In this document: one piece after another, positions 25,586 through 38,675 of the stretch
How positions within the stretch are numbered: position 1 is the first letter of the stretch
Layout of the letters: every line of letters begins with the position of its first letter
Assembly: GCF_963921235.1 (NCBI RefSeq)
Contig: NC_086107.1
Coordinates: forward strand, 95,978,001 to 96,042,000
DNA length: 64,000 bases
From: Mobula hypostoma
Lineage: Eukaryota
Direction: 5' to 3'
Program-made: the position numbers and the translations under genes
Notes under the pieces: generated by a model
The model's database searches: none
The model's input: the letters and a program-made list of their open reading frames with translations, nothing else
What the model was told of the DNA's origin: nothing

Positions 25586-28511
25586 ACCAAGGAGAAAGAA
25601 TAGAAGAAAAAAACTTAAAGAATTCCACTGTAAGACCATCTGGACCAGGTGCTTTGCCAGAATTCATTGAGGAAATAACAGCTTTTATTTCTTCATCCAT
25701 AATAGGAGTTTCTAATGTTAAACATTCTTTGGGTGATAATTTCCAAAAATTCAATTTCCTTAAAAAGTCATGCATGGTGTTGGGATCGTGAGGAAATTCA
25801 GAATGGTATAAGGAGGTATAAAATTCTTGAAAAGATTTGTTTATCTCATCATGATTAACTGTCAAGGTGTCATCATGTTTGTGACTCTTGATAATTTGAC
25901 GTTTAACCGAAGCAGTTTTCAATTGATTAGCTAATAATTTACCTGATTTGTCACTATGCATATAAATCTCACTTCTAGTTTTCATTAATTGATTTTCAAT
26001 CAAGGATGTTAATAATAAGCTGTGTTCCATTTGAAGTTTGACTCTCTGTTTATAAAGCTCCTTACTAGGAGAAACAGAATATTTCTTATCGATTTCTTTA
26101 GCTTTATCAACCAACAAAAGTGTTTCATTCTTAACACGTTTTTTCAAACCAACAGAGTAAGAAATAATCTGTCCATGAATATATGCTTTAAAAGTGTCCC
26201 ATACTGTCCCATTGGAGATTTCTTCCATAATATTAGTTGAAAAGAAGAGTTCAATCTGTTCCTTCATAAACTTAACAAAATCCAGGTCTTGAAGCAGATT
26301 AGAATTAAGTCGCCATTGTCTAATACTAGGAGAAGTATCCATTAACTTGATAGAAAGTTTCATTGGAGCATGATCAGAAATGGCGATAATGTCATAATTA
26401 CAGTCAATTACAGATGGAATTAAACGAGAGTCAATAAAAATAGTCAATTCGAGAATAAGAATGATAAACATGTGAGAAGAATGAAAACTCTTTATCCTTA
26501 GGGTATGAAAATCTCCAAATTTCTGAAATTCCAGAGTCAATCATAAAAGAGTTGATAAGAGTAGCTGACTTATTCGGTAAAGCCTGACTAGATATGGATC
26601 TATCCATCAGCGGATTTAAGCAACAATTAAAATCACCACCCATTATCAACATACACTCATTTAAATTAGGGAAAAAAGTGAATAGATGCTTAAAACATTT
26701 GGGATAATCCACGTTTGGAGCATAAACATTGACCATAGCGACATAGAAATCATAATATGAAGATTATTATAGTACAGTGTTTAATTTTTCTTTTTGGATT
26801 TCAGGGGGTTCTCTTTTTAATATATATCTTTGGAGTTGCCTTCTGAAGAAATGGGAGTAGATTTAGTATTAGTTCTTAGTTCTTTTTCTAGCCCTTTCTG
26901 GCTTAATTTTGGGACTTTATGGGTGGAGGGTGGGGGAGGAGTTCTTTACTTTTATTATTAGTCTTTTCTATTGGGCTGATTCAGAACTACAAAGATGTCT
27001 GCAATGTCATGACTTCCGGTTCCTCTCTGAATATTTATTCCTCTTCCGATTTCATGAGTTTACATTGTGGTTAACTCTTTATATACCAAAGGGTTGACTT
27101 TAAAATATGGCTCAGATTATTAATTTTGTTTCTTGGAATACAAATGGTTTAAACCATCCAATTAAACAGAGAAAGATTTTTAAAGTATTCCAAAGACTGA
27201 ATGCTCATATTATTTTTGCACAAGAAACACATGTGAGGAAAGAGGATAATCAACATTTCTTTATGTTTTGGAAGGAACACTGTATCAGTCAAACTCTCAG
27301 GCCAAAGTGAAAGGAGTTCCAATTTTTATAGATTCCTCAATTACATTTTCTCATCAAGACATTGTTTCAGATCCAAGAATGAAATACATAAGTTATCATT
27401 ATATGCAGACGATTTGTTATCATACATTTCCAATCCTGAGAAATCCATTCCCGCTATTTTATCTTTGTTGGCTCAGTTTAGTAACTTTTCTGGTTATAAA
27501 TTCAACCTTAATAAGAGTGAACTATTCCCCCTAAATATGCAGGTTCCAATTTATGGATGTTTACCATTTAAATTAGTTACCGACTTTTTACATATTTAGG
27601 GGTTAAAATTACAAAAAAGCATAAGGATTTATTTAAGGCTATTTTTTTTACCATTAATTGATCAGATTAAACATCTGTTTACTAACTGGTCATCGATGTC
27701 TCTGTCATTGATAGGTTGGATCAATGCTATCAAGATGAATATTTTACCTGAATTTTTATATTTATTTCAAGCGGTGCCAACTTTTATTCTGAAATCCTTT
27801 TTTGATAATGTTGATTCCAAAATTTCTTCATATATATGGCAGAACAAAAATCCTAGGTTAGGTAAAAGATATTTACAGAAATCTAAAAAGGGGTGGGGGG
27901 TGCGTTGGCATTGCCAAATTTTAGATTTTACTATTGGGCAATTAATATTCGATATTTAAAATTTTGGTTATGGGACTTGGACGTAACTTCAAGTCCACAT
28001 TGGGTAAATCTAGAATGTATTCTTTACAAGGGTTTTCTCTGGGTTCTATTTTAGGAAATTACTCTTTCTAAATTGATAAACAAATGGATAACCAAATAGT
28101 AAAATATACTTTACGAATACGGTTTCAATTTCAAAAATTTTTGGGGTTGAATCAATTTATTCTAGCAAGTCCTATTATATCTAATTTCTTTCATCCCTCT
28201 GTCATGGATCAAGCCTATTTGGCTTGGAAAACTAAAGGTATAGTACGATTTTTGGATCTATTTTTGAATAATTGTTTCATGTCCCTTGAACATCTAATAA
28301 ATATAACCTGCCTAGATCCCATTTTTAAAGATATTTACAGATTAGTAACATTTTAAATACTGTTCTTCCTACCTTCCCGAATTTATATTCTACGGATATT
28401 TTGGAAAAAAATTTTAGATTTAAATCCTTTTCAGAAAGGTGTAATAGCAACTATTTATAATATAATTATGAAAATACGTCTAGCCGTATCTAATACAGTT
28501 AAGACTGATTG
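25586..28511. mobile_element. Rearranged L1-clade LINE insertion (inverted EN/linker + forward EN N-terminus + forward RT C-terminus), 16-bp TSD
   Basis: Minus: NVYAPN..GGDFN..SRIDY..SDHAP..GKAPGPDG (26736-25590). Plus: SWNTNGL..AQETH (27107) and YADD-region onward (27390-28510). GGTTAATAATGCAACA at 25570-25585 and 28512-28527. Confidence 0.85.
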
Positions 28512-28574
28512 GGTTAATAATGCAACAGTTTATCCCAATAGTGTAGATGTCGCTGTAAACACACAAGTAAAAGT

Positions 28575-28995
28575 TCCATTTTCTACCAACAGGTGTCTCC
28601 ATCATCTCACAGGTCAGGACAACATGCCATTCCACTATCCACCACCAGATGTCTCCATCATCTCACAGCTCAGGGCAACATGCCATTCCACTCTCCACCA
28701 CCAGATGTCTCCATCATCTCACATGTCAGGGAAACAGGCAGTTCCACTGTCCACCAACAGATGTCACCATTATCTCACTGACTGAGGCAACACGTAATTC
28801 CACTCTCCACCACCAGATGTCTCCATCATCTCACATGTCAGGGAAACAAGCAGTTCCACTGTCCACCAACAGATGTCACCATCATCTCACAGGTCACGAC
28901 AACGTGCTGTTCCGCCATCCACCAATAGATGTCTCCTTCATCCCACTGACTGAGGCAACACGTAATTCCACTCTCCACCACCAGGTGCCTCTATT
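28575..28995. repeat. Minisatellite, 56-bp unit (~7 copies) with a 112-bp higher-order repeat
   Basis: TCCACT(C/G)TCCACCA(C/A)CAGATGTC recurs at 28631, 28687, 28743, 28799, 28855, 28911, 28967. Confidence 0.9.
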
Positions 28996-29084
28996 AACAT
29001 GGAAGCTAGTGACGGGAGTTCCAGCTGACAGCAGATACCTCTCATAATACATCGGCAATCATATCATTCACTTCCAGTTTAAGT

Positions 29085-30860
29085 CATAAGACATAGGAGC
29101 AGAATTAGGCCGTTTGGCCCATCGAGTTTTCTCCACCATTCTATCATAGCACTAAATGGATGCTCCTCTATTCTGAGGCTGGGTCCTAGCTTCCCCCACA
29201 ATAGCAAAACTTCCTTTCCACATCCACTCTATCTGGGCCTTTCAATATTCAATAGGTTTCATAGAGATCCCCCTCATTCTTCTAAACTCGAGTGAGTACA
29301 GAACCAGAGTGATCAAACATTCCTCATATGTTACCTCATCATTGTTGGGATCATCCTCATGGAACTCCTCTAGATCCTCTCCAGTGCCAGCACATTTTTT
29401 CTTGAATAAGAGGCCCAAAACTGTTGTCAATACTCTGTACAGTCTGATCAATGCCTTATAAAGCCTCAGCATTACCTCCTTGCTTTTGTATTCTAGTCCT
29501 CACGAAATGAATGCTAACACTGTATTTGCCTTCCTCACCACTGACTCAAACTGAAAGTTAACCTTTAGGGAATCCTGTGCAAGGACTCGCAAGTCCCTTT
29601 GGAGCTCTGAATTTTGAATTTTCCCTCATTTAATAAATAGTCTTTATTCCTTCTACCAAAGTGCAGGACCATGTGCCACTTCTTTGCCCATTCTCCCAAT
29701 CTGTCTAAGTCCTTTTGCAGACAACCTGCTTCCTCAACACTACCTCCCCTCCAATAATCTTCATATCGCCTGCAAACCTGGCCACAAAGCCATCAATTCT
29801 TTCATCCAAATTATTGACATATAGCATGAAAAGAAGTGGTCCCAACACCAATCCCTTGGTACATGCCACTACACATTGGCAGCCAAACAGAAAAGGCCCT
29901 CTTTATTCCCACTCTTTGCCTCCTGACAGTCAGCCAATCTCCTATCCATGTTAGTATCTTTCCTGTAATACCATGAGCTCTTAAACTGTTAAGTAGCCTC
30001 GTGTGCTGCACCTTGTCAAAGATCTTCTGGAAGTCCAAATAAACAACTTCCACTGACTGTCCTTTGTCCATTCTGCCTGTTATTTCCTCAAGGAATTCTA
30101 ACAGATTTGTCAGGGAAGATTTCCACTTAAAGAAACAACGCTGACATACCTATTTTATCATGTGCCTCCGAGTACCCTGAAATCTCATCCTTAACGATCG
30201 ACTCCACCTTTCCAAACTACTGAAGGCTAATAAACGCAAACAACAAGAATTCTGCAGATGCTGGAAATTCAAGCAACACACATCTAAGTTGCTGGTGAAT
30301 GCAGCAGGCCAGGCAGCATCTCTAGGAAGAGGTACAGACGATGTTGCCTGGCCTACTGCATTCACCAGCAACTTTGATGTGTGTTACTGAAGGTTAATTG
30401 TAAGCTAATTGGCCTGGAATTTCCTTTCTTCTGCCTCTTTCCCTTCTTAAAGGGTGGAGTGCCATTTGCATTCCAAAACCATTCCAGAATATAGTGATTC
30501 TTGAAGGATCATCACTAATGCTTCCGCAATCTCTTCAGCCCCCTCTTTCAGAACCCTGGGGTGTAGTCCATCTGGTCCAAGTGAGTTATCTACCTTCAAA
30601 CCTTTCAGCTTCCCAAGTATCTTCTCCTTAGTGATAGTAATAACACTCAATTCTGCTCCCTGACACTCTCGTATTTCTGGCATTCTGCTAGTGTCTTCCA
30701 CAGTGAAGACTGATGCAAAATACTGCCATTTTTTGTCTCCCATTACTACCTCTCTAACATCATTTTCCAGCAGTCTGATGTCCACTCTCATCTCTCTTTT
30801 ACTCTTTATATTTCTGAAAACTTTTTAATATTCTCTTTTTTATTATTGATTAGCTTACCT
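29085..30860 (-). mobile_element. CR1 LINE ORF2 fragment interrupted by a Penelope-derived insertion
   Basis: ORFs with SLGPDGLHPRVLKE, VVYLDFQKIFDKV, LYSLEFRRMRG. Confidence 0.85.
30232..30384. mobile_element. Penelope-derived fold-back insertion with 14-bp TSD (1 mismatch)
   Basis: TACTGAAGG(C/T)TAAT at 30218-30231 and 30385-30398; internal inverted arms. Confidence 0.8.
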
Positions 30861-30864
30861 TCAT

Positions 30865-32640
30865 AGTCATAGAAATGTACAGCACAAAAACAGACCCTTC
30901 TGCCCATCTAGTCCATGCCGAACCATTTAAACTATCTGCTCCTATTGGCCATAGTCCTCCATACCCCTACCATCCAAATTTTGATCCAAATTTTGCTTAA
31001 ATGTTGAAACCGAGCTTGCGTGCACCACTTGTGCTGGCAGCTCGTTCCTCACTCCCATGACCCTCTCAGTGAAGAAGTTTCCCCTCCTGCTTCCTTTAAA
31101 CTTTCATCTTTCACCCTTAACCCATGACCTCTGGTTGTAGTCCTACCCAACCTCAACAGAAAAAAGCCTGCTTGCATTTACCCCATCTATACCCCTCATA
31201 ATTTTGTATACATTTATCAAATCTCCCCTCAAACTTCTATGTTCCAAAGAATAAAACCTATTTAATCTTTTCTTCTTATTCAGGTCTGTCAGTCCCGGCA
31301 ACATCCTTGTAAATTTTTTCTGTACTCTTTCAACCTTATTTACATCTTTCCTGTGCGTAGGTGATGAAAACTGCACACATACGCCAAATTAGGCTTCTCC
31401 AATGTCTTATTTACAACTTCAACATAACATCCCATCTCTGTACTCAATACTTTCAGTTATGAAGGCTAGTGTGCCAGAAGCTTTCTTTATGACCCTATCT
31501 ACCTTTGATGCCATTTTCAATGAATTATGGACCTGTATTCCCAGATCCCTTTGTTCTACCACACTGCTCAGTGCCCTACCGTTCACTGTGTAAGACCTAC
31601 CCTGGTTGGTTCCACTGAAGTGCAACACCTCGCACTTGTCTGCATTAAATTCCATCTTCCATTTATCAGTCAAATTTTCCAACCAGTCCAGGTCCCTCTG
31701 CAAGCCATGGTAGCCTTCCTCACTGTCCACTGCACGCCCAATCTTGGTGTCATCTCCAAATTTGTTGATCCAGTTTACCACATTATCATCCAGATCATTG
31801 ATTATAGACGACAAACAACAATGGATCCAGAACCAAACCCTGTGGCTCTCCACCAGTCACGGGCTTCCAGTCAGAGAGGAAAACCCCCTAAGACCACTGC
31901 AACGCTCAGGTCTATCGGCTCGTGTTTATCTAGGGGAAACCCCGTCCGCCCACCAAACCATGTCTCACGGTTGTGTAGTTGCTGTGTAATGCCACCTGGT
32001 ACAAACTCACACATCAAATATCAGACAGCACACAATGTATGATTTACAGATTACACTTTATAAATCTTACTGGAACTATGTAATTAATAGAGATGCAATA
32101 TAAAAGGGAAAGCAAAAGGCACCAAACTTATCAGAGTTCAACCACTTCGTGCACAACCGTTGGAGCTCAGTTAATGGGGTCCTCGTTCCACCAGGCTAAT
32201 CACCTCCAGCCCCCTTGACCGCCGCTCGGGACCAACCACGGTGGTTGACCAGAGCGCATCCAGCACGTCCCTCTTCTTCGGGTCTCCTCCCGAAAAGCCG
32301 GCCAAACCTCACGAGACATACGAGACAGAGTATCACCCACTAAAAGAATAACATGGACACTCATTGGTTCGTTCCCTCTCTCATCAATAATATAACCCAA
32401 ACAAGCAGGGAGAGAGAACTCCTTACATCGCAGTTATTATTACAGAAAACATACAAAGAAGCCATTTTAGACACCTCAGCAGCCAGTGTAACCAAGACCC
32501 AGTTACACCACTCTCTGGCTTTTCCCACAAAGCCAATGTCCAATCTAAATTAACCACCTCATCTTAAATGCTGAGCAACTGAACCTTTTTGATCAACCTC
32601 CCATGCGGGATCTTGTCAAATGTCTTGCTAAAGTCCAGAA
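30865..32640 (-). mobile_element. CR1 LINE 3' fragment interrupted by a solo LTR
   Basis: INDLDDNVVNWINKFGDDTKIG...EFNADKCEVLHF; LDFSKTFDKIPHGRL; CR1 tail near 30870. Confidence 0.85.
31898..32507. mobile_element. Solo LTR (610 bp) with 4-bp TSD CCAC
   Basis: Termini TGCAAC...GTTACA; CCAC at 31894-31897 and 32508-32511; CR1 sequence resumes across the gap. Confidence 0.8.
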
Positions 32641-32644
32641 CTAA

Positions 32645-33330
32645 GTAGATGTCCTCCTTCAAAGAAAGGGGCTTCCCTTCCTCCACCATCAACGCTGCCC
32701 TCAACTGCATCTCTTCCATTGAGTACACATCTGCCCTCACCACATCCACCCACCATCCCACCAGGGATAGGGTTCCTCTTGCCCTCACCTACTACCCCAT
32801 CAGCCTTCGCGTCCAGCACATAATTCTCCGTAAATTCCGTCACCTCCATCAGGACCCCACCACCGAGCAGATCTTTCCCTTCCCCACCCACTTTCCACTT
32901 TTCACAGAGATCGCTCCCTACGCGACTCCCTTGTCCACTCGTCCCTGCCCACTGATCTCCCTCCTGGCTCATGTCCCTGCAAGCAGAACATTAATGCAAA
33001 ACCCAGGCACAAAGTCGACTGCAGATTCAGGAAACCTGGAGCAACACACAAAATGCTGGCGGAGCTCAGCCCCTGGGCAACATTTCCGAAGGGAAAAAAA
33101 GGGGCGACTTTACCGAGTCCCTTCATCAGGACTGGAAAGAGGGCAGGAGCAAAGATAAAATTTGGGAGAATGAGCAGGCAGGTGATAGGTGAACCCAGGT
33201 GAGAGGGAGAAGGTGGGGAGGTAGTGAAGGGGGACGGTGGGGGAGGGAATGATGTGAGAAGCTGGGTGGAGATGGGCAGAAGAGGTATAGAGCTGAAGAG
33301 AAAGGAACCCGATAGGAGAGGTTTTCTGCC
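32645..33330 (+). mobile_element. Penelope-like element ORF fragment followed by an inverted terminal (pLTR-like) segment
   Basis: FKERGFPSSTINAAL...DRVPLALTYYP..QHIILRKFRHLHQDPTT is typical of the PLE RT-to-endonuclease linker; 33020-33330 matches the short insertion family in reverse. Confidence 0.75.
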
Positions 33331-33371
33331 TTTGTTCAAGAGTTTTTCCTGTTTTATTAAGCTAGTCAGAT

Positions 33372-34412
33372 ATAACTGGCAGGCAGTGACTAGTGGGGTA
33401 CTGCAAGGCTTGGTGCTGGGACTGCAGCTATTTACAATATACATTAATGATTTAGATGAAGGGATTAAAAGTAACATTAGCAAATTTGCAGATGACACAA
33501 AGCTGGGTGACAGTGTGAAATGTGAGGAGGATGTTATGAGAATGCAGGGTGACTTGGACAGGCTGGGTGAGTGGGCAGATGCATGGCAGATGCAGTTTAA
33601 TGTGGATAAATGTGAGGTTATCCACTTTGGTGGTAAGAACGGGAAGGCAGATTACTATCTGAATGGTGTCAAGTTAGGAAAATGGGAAGTACAATGAGAT
33701 CTAGGTGTCCTTGTACATCAGTCACTGAAAGTAAGCATGCAGGTACAGCAGGCAGTGAAGAAAGCTAATGGCATGTTGGCCTTCATAACAAGGGGAATTG
33801 GGTAGAGGAGCAAAGATGTCCTTCTGCAGTTGTACAGGGCCCTGGTGAGACCACAACTGGAATATTGTGTACAGTTTTGGTCTCCATATTTGAGGAAGGA
33901 CATTCTAGCTATTGAGGGAGTGCAACGTAGGTTCACGAGGTTAATTCCCCGGATGGCGGGACTGTCATATGTTCAAAGATTGGAGTGACTAGGCTTGTAT
34001 ACACTGGAATTTAGAAGGATGAGAGGGGATCTGATTGAAACATATAAGATTATTAAGGGATTGGACATGCTAGAGGCAGGAAAGATGTTCCCGATGTTGG
34101 GGGAGTCCGGAACCAGAGGCCACAGTTTAAGAATAAGGGGTAGACAATTTAGAACGGAGTTGAGGAAAAACTTTTTCACACAGAGGGTTGTGGTTCTGTG
34201 GAATGCTGTGCCTCAGAAGGCAGTGGAGGCCAATCCTCAGGATTCTTTCAAGAAAGAGTCAGCTAGAGCTCTTAAAGATAGCGGAGTCAAGGGATATGGG
34301 AAGAAGGCAGGAAAAGGGTACTGATTGTGGATGATCAGCCATGATCACAGTGAATAGTGGTGCTGGCTCGAAAGGCTGAATGGCCTACTTCTGCACCTAT
34401 TGTCTATTGTCT
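33372..34412 (+). mobile_element. CR1 LINE 3' ~1 kb, low divergence
   Basis: VTSGVLQG..LFTIYINDLD..KFADDTKLG; ends with an ATTGTCT-repeat tail. Confidence 0.92.
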
Positions 34413-35219
34413 AACTCCAGTCCCAGCATAGCTGTAGGTGAAAGTGACTTTACTATTCATTAATCCATTACAGCACGCAAGGAGCTGGTGTAACAGACAG
34501 TACTGCTCAGCATTCTAAAGAAAAGTAAATTCAAATATTGATTGAAATTCCTTCAACTTCCAACAAGAGCTTCTAACTACCAAATGAAATGTACAAACAA
34601 AATAAAATGGCTGCCCTGACAACGAAAGCTAATTGCACAACAGCGCGTTAAGGAGCAACCAGCAACAGCTGTGAACCCACAAGCAAGCAATGAGATCTAG
34701 TCATCAGAAATAAAATAACAATCCAGATCAGGAAAGATGTAACAAGAGGAGAAGGGAAGCATGTAATAATGAAAGGGGATGGGGAACCAGAGGGAGGAAG
34801 GAGAAGGTGATGAGCAAGTCATGAACGTGGGGGAGGGGAAAGAAAGGGTAAAGGGTCAAGAGAGATAAAGGAAAACAAGGGGGGGGGCGGTGGAACAGAG
34901 TGGGGGGGTGGTTAACGAAGGTAGGAGAAAGCTACATTAATAACATCAGGTCAGAGGGAACCAGGATAGAAGTTTGATGTCTTGCTCCTCCTATTTGCGT
35001 CTGGCCTCAATGTGGCAGAAGAGCGTAACTTGTACTTTTACTTTGCAACGTGTTGCTGTTCCAATGCATCCAACACATCTTCCCAACACAGCCAAGGTGC
35101 TGAAATCCTGAACTCACACAGAAAACGGTCGGAAATGTTAAACTTCTCAGAGCAACTATTACACCAAGAAACGTTTTGTTTTAAACCTCTACTCATTGTA
35201 TATTTAGTCAATGTATTTG

Positions 35220-35850
35220 GAAGATGGTGGCGCAACGCAGCGCGCGCGACCTCTCCGGTGATGATATCTGTTATCTGTCGGGTAGGATGCCGTGCACAAT
35301 TCTGATTTGATGGAGGCAGACGTGAGAGCACGGAGGAACATCTGGTGAAACTTCTGAAATGCCTGTTTTGCTGCCGCTGCTACTGTGTGATCCGAAATCT
35401 CCGGAGGGGAAGGCCTCGAATCCTCGGCTTTGCTTGTTGCTCGGCGGCCGGGGCGGGGTCAAAGCGCTCGGCAGAGATGGTGCTCGGTGTCGGAGGGCTG
35501 ATTGGAGGCTCGAAGTTTTTGGACGAACTCAGAGTCGGACTGTGGTCGGGTACTTCCAGGATGCTGCATCGGCAAGTTTGCGGCTCTGGAAGCTCATGGC
35601 AGGGAGAGTTTCTCCCTTCTGCCGCCCGCATGAGATGTTGGGGCTATCAGGACTTTGAGACTATTTTTTACTGTGCCCATGGTCTGTTCTTTATCAAATT
35701 ACAGTATTGCTTTGCACTGTTGTAACTGTGTGTTACAATTATGTGGTTTTTGTCAGTTTTAGTCTTGGTCTGTCCTGTGTTTCTGTGGTATCATATTGGA
35801 GGAACATTGTATCATTTTTAAATGCATGCATTTCTAAATGACAATAAACG
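35220..35850 (+). mobile_element. CpG-rich ~630-bp non-autonomous retroelement-like repeat
   Basis: Starts GGAAGATGGTGGCG (LINE-like 5' end), CpG-rich head, AT-rich tail ending AATAAA; no credible ORF. Confidence 0.45.
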
Positions 35851-35854
35851 AGGA

Positions 35855-37622
35855 TTGATTATGGGGAGCAAGGACATGGCAGACCAATGGAATAATTACT
35901 TTGGTTCTGTCTTCACTAAGGAGGACATAAATAATCTTTCGGAAATAGTAGGGGACAGAGGGTCCAGTGAGATGGAGGAACTGAGGGAAATACATATTAA
36001 TAGGGAAGTCGTGTTAGGTAAATTGAAGGGATTAAAGGCAGATAAATCCCCAGGGCCAGATGGTCTGCATCCCAGAGTGCTTAAGGAAGTAGCCCAAGAA
36101 ATAGTGGATGCATTAGTGATAATTTTACAAAACTCATTAGATTCTGGACTAGTTCCTGAGGATTGGAGGGTGGCTAATGTAACTCCACTTTTTAAAAAAG
36201 GAGGGAGAGAGAAACCGGGGAATTATAGACCGATTAGCCTAACGTCAGTGGTGGGGAAACTGCTGGAGTCAGTTATCAAGGATGTGATAACAGCACATTT
36301 GGAAAGCGGTGAAATCATCGGACAAAGTCAGCATGGATTTGTGAAAGGAAAATCATGTCTGACGAATCTCATAGAATTTTTTTGAGGATGTAACTAGTAG
36401 AGTGGATAGGGGAGAACCAGTGGGTGTGGTATATTTGGATTTTCAAAAGGCTTTTGACAAGGTCCCACACAGGAGATTAGTGTGCAAACTTAAAGCACAC
36501 GGTATTGGGGGTAAGGTATTGGTGTGGGTGGAGAATTGGTTAGCAGACAGGAAGCAAAGAGTGGGAATAAACGGGACCTTTTCAGAATGGCAGGCGGTGA
36601 CTAGTGGGGTACCGCAAGGCTCAGTGCTGGGACCCCAGTTGTTTACAATATATATTAATGACTTGGATGAGGGAATTAAATACAGCATCTCCAAGTTTGC
36701 GGATGACATGAAGCTGGGTGGCAGTGTTAGCTGTGAGGAGGATGCTAAGAGGATGCAGGGTGACTTGGATAGGTTGGGTGAGTGGGCAAACTCATGGCAG
36801 ATGCAATTTAATGTGGATAAATGTGAAGTTATCCACTTTGGTGGCAAAAATAGGAAAACAGATTATTATCTGAATGGTGGCCGATTAGGAAAAGGGGAGG
36901 TGCAGCGAGACCTGGTACACCAGTCATTGAAAGTGGGCATGCAGGTACAGCAGGCAGTGAAAAAGGCGAATGGTATGCTGGCATTTATAGCGAGAGGATT
37001 CGAGTACAGGAGCAGGGAGGTACTACTGCAGTTGTACAAGGCCTTGGTGAGACCACACCTGGAGTATTATGTGCAGTTTTGGTCCCCTAATCTGAGGAAA
37101 GACATCTTTGCCATAGAGGGAGTACAAAGAAGGTTCACCAGATTGATTCCTGGGATGGCAGGACTTTCATATGATGAAAGACTGGATGAACTAGGCTTAT
37201 ACTCGTTGGAATTTAGAAGATTGAGGGGGATCTGATTGAAATGTATAAAATCCTAAAGGGATTGGACAGGCTAGATGCAGGAAGATTGTTCCCGATGTTG
37301 GGGAAGTCCAGAACGAGGGGTCACAGTTTGAGGATAAAGGGGAAGCCTTTTAGGACCGAGATTACGAAAAACTTCTTCACGCAGAGAGTGGTGAATCTGT
37401 GGAATTCTCTGCCACAGGAGACAGTTGAGGCCAGTTCATTGGCTATATTTAAGAGGGAGTTAGATATGGCCCTTGTGGCTAAAGGGATTGGGGGTATGGA
37501 GGGAAGGCTGGTACAGGATTCTGAGTTGGATGATCAGCCATGATCATACAGAATGGCGGTGCAGGCTCAAAGGGCCGAATGGCCTACTCCTGCACCTATT
37601 TTCTATGTTTCTATGTTTCTAT
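35855..37622 (+). mobile_element. Young 5'-truncated CR1 LINE (RT domain, frameshifted)
   Basis: KSPGPDG, NYRPISLTS, QHGF, LDFQKAFDKV, GVPQGSVLGP, FADD motifs across ORFs 35822-37543; TTCTATGT-repeat tail. Confidence 0.95.
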
Positions 37623-38004
37623 GATTGGGTGTCCTCATAATCTAATGAATCTTCATTCATTATACTTTCACAATAGAAGAAAAAAAATACAACGGATTTA
37701 TAGTCATGGCTATTACATACTGTAACATTTCCGGTAACACTTGATGTCTGTCTAGGTGTGAGCCCCTGGGTCAGCTCATAGATCAGAGTCCTCTGTTACG
37801 CAGCTGCTGGGATGAATTCTTGCATCTTCCTCCAAACCCTTAGTGCAGGGGTTCAAACCTTTTTTTATGCCACAGAACAATGCCATTAAGCAAAGGGTCT
37901 TCAGACCCTTGACTTAGCAAATCAGCAGACTGCAAAAAGGTGGGTGACTGTCTTTCCCACTGTAACCATCAAAAAGTTAGTGTCTTCCCATTAGAAGATC
38001 TGAC

Positions 38005-38235
38005 TAGAAAGACCCTCCCACCATCAGCCAGGTGAAGTCTTGGTGCCTGTTGCTGCGGTCTGGTGATGAGGCATTTTGCCATACAGTTTTGACAGCCTGC
38101 TCAGGGTACCACTCCACTGCGTCCATTACGCCCTTCTCCTGCAGTGTCTGCAGGACGTCCCACACTGACCACTGCCTGATGAACTTGTGGTCAAAGATGT
38201 TTTCTTGGAAGAAATTTTCCAGAAAGAACAGCTCG
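38005..38235 (-). mobile_element. Inverted Tx1/Keno ORF2 C-terminal fragment
   Basis: FFQENIFDHKFIRQWS..LQEK..WQNASSPD..NRHQD, homologous to 41030-41220. Confidence 0.85.
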
Positions 38236-38356
38236 TGTGACTGACAGGGAGGGTGGAGTGACAAGAAGAGCAGCCGCAAGCAGCGAAGAGGAAGAAATCC
38301 CTGAAGGCACCATCCAAGGTACAACACAAACACGAGGCACAGAGGCCATAAGTCCC

Positions 38357-38675
38357 CAGCTCCAGGAAACTGGGTGTAGCAAAGTGACCAATCAAAACCC
38401 GCTCCAGGAAACTGGGTGCAGCAAAGTGACCAATCAGAACCAGCTCCGTGAAACTGGGAGCAGCACAGTGACCAATCAGAACCAGCTCCGTGAAACTGGG
38501 AGCAGCAAAGTGACCAATCAGAACCAGCTCCGTGAAACTGGGAGCAGCACAGTGACCAATCAGAACCAGCTCCGTGAAACTGGGATCAGCACAGTGACCA
38601 ATCAGAACCAGCTCCGGGAAACTGGGAGCAGTACAGTGACCAATCAGAACCAGCTCTGGGACATTGGGAGCAGCA
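38357..38675 (+). repeat. 42-bp tandem repeat (~7 copies) encoding QLRETGSSTVTNQN within the ORF1 tail
   Basis: CAGCTCCGTGAAACTGGGAGCAGCACAGTGACCAATCAGAAC repeated in frame. Confidence 0.95.
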
